Positions 57,276 to 64,000 of a stretch of 64,000 nt of DNA are shown in pieces. A program made the position numbers and the translations under genes. Each line of letters begins with the position of its first letter. Within the stretch, counting starts at the first letter, position 1. This stretch comes from Eledone cirrhosa. Lineage: Eukaryota. Location: NCBI GenBank assembly GCA_964016885.1, contig OZ024745.1, positions 98,394,001 to 98,458,000 on the forward strand, given 5' to 3'. The notes under the pieces are model-generated. The model did not search any database. It saw only the letters and a list, made by a program, of their open reading frames with translations, and was not told the origin of the DNA.

Positions 57276-57445
57276 AACGGTTCAAGTTTTTCCTGGAAAA
57301 ACTTGAACCGTTAAGATCTCCTTCCTGGATATGTCAATATTTATTAAACAAACTTTGTATATTTTCTGAAGTTTTGGTACCCTTGAAATATATATAATAG
57401 AATAAATATGGTTTTATAAATATAGTTTCCATTTATTAATATCAT

Positions 57446-57450
<5 letters not shown>
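57275..57450 (+). mobile_element. PLE pseudo-LTR fragment (family of 9540-9715) starting with a 39-bp fold-back
   Basis: TAACGGTTCAAGTTTTTCC-T-GGAAAAACTTGAACCGTTA, followed by sequence homologous to 9570-9710 with stem II partly deleted. Confidence 0.6.
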
Positions 57451-58390
<940 letters not shown>

Positions 58391-58614
58391 CATACATATA
58401 TATGTATATATATATGTACTCATTAGTCAAACAAAACAAGACCACAAATTTCACAAGGAAGACATCATTAAAAGATTGTCAACATAGTTGTAGTTTAATG
58501 TAAGGAATGTAAAGAATAATAATAATAATACTAATAATGTCCGTTTACAATTGTTTCGCTACTCCATATAATGTTTCTGGATCAAATGATTATAGATCAT
58601 TATTGAAACCACTC

Positions 58615-58801
58615 AGGCGGTGGATTGGCAGTATCGGTAGAGGGTCGGACGCCATGCTTTGACGCATAGAGTTACGGCCCCTGCCATTCTGAGTTCAAAT
58701 CCCGCCGAGGTTAACTTTGCCTTTCATTCTTACGGGGTCAATAAAGTAAAGTACCAGTAATACACTGGTTAACTGCTGGCCTTGTGCCTAACGTAGAATT
58801 A
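58615..58801 (+). mobile_element. Full-length tRNA-derived SINE with 16-bp TSD
   Basis: TSD ATTATTGAAACCACTC at 58599-58614 and 58802-58817. A-box and B-box are intact. Confidence 0.93.
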
Positions 58802-59079
58802 ATTATTGAAACCACTCTCTAATCAGTAAGATAAATATGTCCTTTGGCGGCCATCTTGTTACTCATAGGCAGATCTCACATAATGCAGCCCCGACAGAAG
58901 AATATTGCTCGCCTATGGCAGACAATAGATATACCCAGGACACCATAGTGAAATATCAATATATGGAACATTACATTCATGTAACCATCTTTTTTTTTAC
59001 CTTAATTTATATTCCTTTTGAAGTTCGGATGAGCTGCTCCAATTTTACCTAAGTTAATTATCTTCAACTGAACTGGATC

Positions 59080-59200
59080 AATAATTGTTTCTACTTTTGG
59101 CACAAGGTCAGCAATTAACCAGTGCATTACTGGTACTTTATTTTATCGACTCCGTAAGGATGAAAGGCAAAGTTGACTTCGGCGGTATTTGAACTCGGAC
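59080..59200 (-). mobile_element. SINE 3' half
   Basis: Reverse complement of the B-box-to-tail segment. Confidence 0.85.
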
Positions 59201-59473
59201 CATAATGATCTATAATCATTTGATCCAGTACAACTATGTTGACAATCTTTTAATAATGTCTTGCTTGTGAAATTTGTGGTCTTGTTTTGCATAACTAATG
59301 AATATTTCCAGCTCTGTGCACCTAACCTCTGCATGAACCCACCCACCTAGCTACCTTCCACTGCATATTGCACATTGAGCACATGCCTTTACGCGTTGGC
59401 TTCTAACTAATTCACCAATCTCTCTTCTCCTCTACTATCTCCATCTCTCCCTTTAAGATTGGTTAATCTTGAA

Positions 59474-59552
<79 letters not shown>

Positions 59553-59554
<2 letters not shown>

Positions 59555-60216
59555 AATACAAATAAATTATCGAGAATCGGAATCTCGGTCCACGAAATAA
59601 CGAAACAATCTTCGAAATGCGTGGCAAAGTGCTCAATAGTTTGGATAAACCAGAGCTATAACTAACGTTTAAATACCAACACACTGAGACAATGCTTAAA
59701 CTCATTCGCACAGCCGAAAAAACGACCAAGAAAATTCAGGTCAGACAAATAATAATATATATGAATGAAAAATCTTTACACGGACCCGCTAGAAAGATGG
59801 TAAATTCCAGCATTTTGGTTTCTGCGGCTCCTAAATCAGTTACCGTCAGCTTACATAAAAAATATCCGGCTTCTGGTAGAATGATGAACGAGGAAACTAC
59901 TTTTTCAACAGGCGTTTCGTTCAAATATACAAGGGAACCCGTTACTAAAACCCACGTGGGGTCCAGCAAGGGAGGGAACCCCTATATTAGGCGAATGAAT
60001 TCAGTAGTGTATATTATTGTAAAAATACAAAATATCACATATCGAATTAGAGTTCTCAACAGACGGATTAAAATTAACATGAGCTATTCATCAGTCAATA
60101 AGATCAACTAAAAAATCAATAAAATTAACTGATCAATAGCTAAAGACTGGATATAAATACAAATAAATTATCGAGAATCGGAATCTCGGCCCACGAAATA
60201 ACGAAACACAATCTTC
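59553..60216. repeat. About 62-bp direct repeats (59553-59614 and 60154-60216) flanking about 540 bp of unique sequence
   Basis: AAATACAAATAAATTATCGAGAATCGGAATCTCGG(T/C)CCACGAAATAACGAAACA..ATCTTCG. Confidence 0.8.
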
Positions 60217-60436
60217 GTTGACCGACCAGTCTGTCGGGCGCCAATCGGCGCCGCTGGTCACAGCACGTCGTGCTGTTTTAGCCATAAGTTAACGCCATCC
60301 CACTGGCTGGGCCGGCAGGCCGGTACTCATTTCAACATCTGAGTAAACTGGAGCAACGTGAAATAAAGTGTCTTGCTCAAGGAAACAACACATCACCCGG
60401 TCCGAGAATTGAACTCACAACCTTTCGATTGCAAGC

Positions 60437-60439
<3 letters not shown>
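60217..60439 (-). mobile_element. Second tRNA-derived SINE family with a CORE-like central domain
   Basis: Reverse complement has B-box GAGTTCAATTCTC followed by GTTGTTTCCTTGAGCAAGACACTTTATTTCAC...AATGAGTACC. Confidence 0.7.
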
Positions 60440-60525
<86 letters not shown>

Positions 60526-60581
60526 CATCTACTTATATCTCTATCCTCACATATAAGCCAGTGACCATATATTTGTCATTA

Positions 60582-60742
60582 CTCGGACACCATGCTTTGC
60601 AGCGAAGAGTTACGGCCCTTTATGATCTGAGTTCAAATCCCGCCGAGGTTAACTTTGCCTTTCATCCTTACGGGGTCGATAAAATATAGTACCAATAATG
60701 CACTGGGTAATTTCTGGCCTTGTGCCAAAAGTAGAAACAATT
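60582..60742 (+). mobile_element. tRNA-derived SINE, 5'-truncated
   Basis: Matches the family consensus. Confidence 0.88.
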
Positions 60743-61644
60743 ACATTAGATATATTATTGCATGTTATAACACAACTTATTACAATGCATGTGGCACTAT
60801 GGTATACATAGATATATGTTAATGGCAGTACATTTGTTTCTTATTTATGAGTAAAATGGTTCAGATTATATACCACTGTGAAGATATGACACGATACACT
60901 TATGAAGTAATAAAATACACATCAACATTATACACACTACACGATATTTATTAGCACAGACGTGTCACTAAATACCGTGTCATTCGATTGGTTTCTACCA
61001 TATTCCCACTAATAATAAATTTAATTGTTCTCTAGGCATTTCTTTATGTAACGGCAGGATTTCTTAAATGAAGACCAAGTTTCTGTTAATGTCACAGTAT
61101 GAAAGATTCAGTTCAAGAGAAAGATTTTAACTGTCTAAATGACAATTCTCAGTGGTTTCTATGAAGGCATTTCCGTCTTGCTAAAAGTTAATCTTCCCCT
61201 ATAGCAACTAAATCTCCCTCTAATTATACCTTACTGCCTTAACAAATGATGGATACATTGAATAATGTAGACCGAGATTCACTATATATGAAAAATAGAT
61301 GGACGTTCGCAGTTGGTCTATTTGGTCAGAAGTGCTCATAACAAAGAAATATTATCGCCCCTCGACCCTCTGAAGATGAACAGCACTTAACTAGAACCCA
61401 CATGGCCGCTTCAATTTCTAGGCAACATCATACTTGTGAGTCTCACTTGGCAAACGTACATTGTCACTAAAGCAAAAACTACATCGTAGTGTTTAGAGCC
61501 ACACAAATAATTCAACCTTCAATAACTTTTAACCCTGTGCAAAGTACGGATGAGATCAGCGATAGTGTTCTTCTCCAGTTATGTGACAGTACTGCTGCTA
61601 TACAAACATACATCTTTGACAACATCATCTAAAGAAAAGCTACT

Positions 61645-61995
61645 GGAAGGAAGCCACTCAACAAGACACTTCAACCTTTGAATTACAGATGCACCGCCGC
61701 TTCTCTCTCCTTTTTATACTATATCTCCAGTTACCACTGCTCCCCGAGCCTGGTCGTTTCGTGCCACCTTCACACAGCTATTCTCTACTTGCTCATTTCA
61801 TCTCTACTACCACCCCCTCGTCTCATCTATTGTTTACTCTTCGATCCTACCCTAATCACTACTCCCTTTGGAATTTCCGCTGTTGACGTGCAGCTATTCA
61901 AGAGAAATATTAACAGCATCAATCACGCGGGTTTTAGGAGCTCTTCGAAAGCTATTGGCGCAGTCCTTTCTTCCAGACTAAACCAATAAAAAAAG
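61645..61995 (+). mobile_element. Degraded CR1/Jockey-group LINE 3' end
   Basis: LTRHLQPLNYRCTAASLSFLYY..HCS, SLWN and QLFKRNIN resemble the post-RT C-terminus of CR1/Jockey-group ORF2. An A-rich tail follows. Confidence 0.5.
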
Positions 61996-63640
61996 GAAAT
62001 ACTTGCCCATTATACAGTGTTCCAGTTGTTTATATCAGTGAACTGTATCTTAAGGTTTCCTTTTATAACTATATCGCTTGGTTTATTTCATAAAGAATTA
62101 TATAGAATATCAATACAGAGTAACGCAGAGTGCAAGGTGACAACTGTCCACATAAGGACCAGTAGGCCGATATTTTCTCAATTCAGCCAACTGCAAGCGT
62201 ATAATGTCAAACTGAAAACTCTAAAACACTACATGTTGCTTAGGCGACCATTATACATGTTCAAAAGGATGAAATAAACAAGAGATATATTTTCTTTTCA
62301 TTAGTTTTGAAGAATGTAACAAGTCGAGGAAGATACAGTCAAAATATATCAGAAAGTAGATAGACCTTTAATATTTAAACCAATTCTAAGAGAGATTGTT
62401 AGTTTTTGAATATAAGGTTTATAGGAATTATATTGATCGGCATTTCACTTCAACTATATCTCTACAAAGATTCCGTTAACTTTTATTTTACTCTTTTATC
62501 AAATACGTAAACGACATTTTCTTTAAAGTGTGTTATTCTTTATTTTTACTTTTATAAATTCTTCTTATTTCGCGACAGAATTTGGTTCTAAAATACTTAA
62601 GGATAAAGATGATGTCATGATAAAATTCAGTTCAAAGCTTCTTACTGAATATATATTTCTACTGTGTGTTCGTTATTTATATTTTAACATCACTCATATT
62701 TCGTAATCTTTTTTAATGTTACTGCAACAAAAGAATGTCCCCAGTTTCCTGAGAAAGAGCATCACGAGGTACAAGATAGCGAAACTTTCGTCATTCTGAA
62801 ATATGCAATAATAATTTACTGATAGAAGAAAAACTAATTTTTGTTGTCGACTGCAGTAAAATGAAAACGTAGAATAATATTGTAATATCCATCAGTAATT
62901 TTATGGAATGTAGAACATAATCGATCAACAAACAGGAAATAACTCAGGATTAGACTAGAATTGATACCCATCAAAAAGAATCTGGAAATATAATTTGAAG
63001 TTCATTCACTAAATGCAACGGTCCTAATTGCATATGAAAAGGACACAAGAATACCGTATGAATATGTATTGATTTCTTACCAACTACCTTAACAATCAAT
63101 AAACTACGAACTCTTTCATTAAAATTAAAATAACAAGAGATCGGCAAAGACGAAGAAAGGAATGAACCTCTGTCGGTTTCGACGAGGAGTGTTACAGTTT
63201 TTCGATCACCGGAAGAACTTCTTCATGAAATTATAGGATATAGACACATGTATCCTTTAACGTAATTCTCAGGAAGACCCAGTATGACAAATTGAGTGGC
63301 AAATCTGGTCCTTTGAATTATAGCCTATCCGATGAGCTTCCAAATAATTCCTGCCTCTCCAGTTTCACTTGTAATGTATGTGTCCATAGAAAATAACACT
63401 TTCCCAAGACGATTGAACCCAGAACTTTAATGATTTCAAAACAAATTTCTTAACCATTCGGCCATGCTGTGTCCACAGTAAAGTTTAATAAGGCAATAGA
63501 ACAGTGTGCTAAATACATTAGATCGTTTTATTCTGTCCCTCTGTGTGTTAAGTTCAAATTACGCCGAGGTTTAATTTACTTTTCATTCATCCAAGTTGAC
63601 TTTCTCGTGGCCATATTTATAATGAAATATATAAACTATA

Positions 63641-64000
63641 TCTCTATATATAAAGCTGAGGTTGTGTGTGTTAAAGTTTGTAACGTATGCACGTCCACAA
63701 TTTCCAACGGATTCTATTCAAAGTCGGGACAATTATTGTTTTTGGTCAGGAAAAGGTCATGAGGCAAAAATGTTTCAAATTAATCAACAATAAGGGCAAA
63801 AATCGATCATGATCATTCCCCCTCTCTATAATTTAACTGCTTTACTCTCTCTCTCTCTGTCGCTCTTCACTCCCTATATGACAACACTGCAGAGAGAGAA
63901 ACAATGTATATCATCAAATGGAGCGTTTCGTATATTCCCTCTCTCTCTCTAATTTAACTGCTTTACTCTCTCTGTCGCTCTTCATTCCCTATATGACAGC
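63641..64000 (+). mobile_element. Probable Helitron 5' end, running off the window
   Basis: A|TCTCTATATATAAAGCTGA resembles 37371. Internal duplication of about 120 bp (63815 and 63934). Confidence 0.55.

Noticed and set aside
58615-58710. tRNA gene (A-box and B-box present)
   Set aside because: There is no cloverleaf, and the boxes belong to the SINE head.

Overview
This is eukaryotic, AT-rich, extremely microsatellite-dense DNA. Its repeat landscape is most consistent with a cephalopod (octopus-like) genome; that assignment is inference. No conventional host gene is confidently recognisable. Main contents: (1) two abutting codon-phased minisatellite arrays, a 27-bp unit at 19.4-29.0 kb and a 33-bp unit at 29.0-36.8 kb, both with higher-order repeats; one + strand frame would run open for about 17.3 kb if three clustered indels with a net length change of zero were corrected. 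(2) Penelope-like retroelements (RT plus GIY-YIG; Naiad-like and Hydra-like) and many pseudo-LTR remnants carrying hammerhead ribozyme motifs, several capped by perfect fold-back palindromes. (3) Dong/R4-type RLE LINEs sitting strand-specifically in (CATA)n. (4) A short non-autonomous RTE-derived element in four copies, one with a twin-priming-type 5' inversion. (5) Non-autonomous Helitrons, a hAT MITE with an 8-bp TSD, a CR1-like fragment and about 15 tRNA-derived SINEs. Most ORFs in the supplied track are artefacts of simple repeats.
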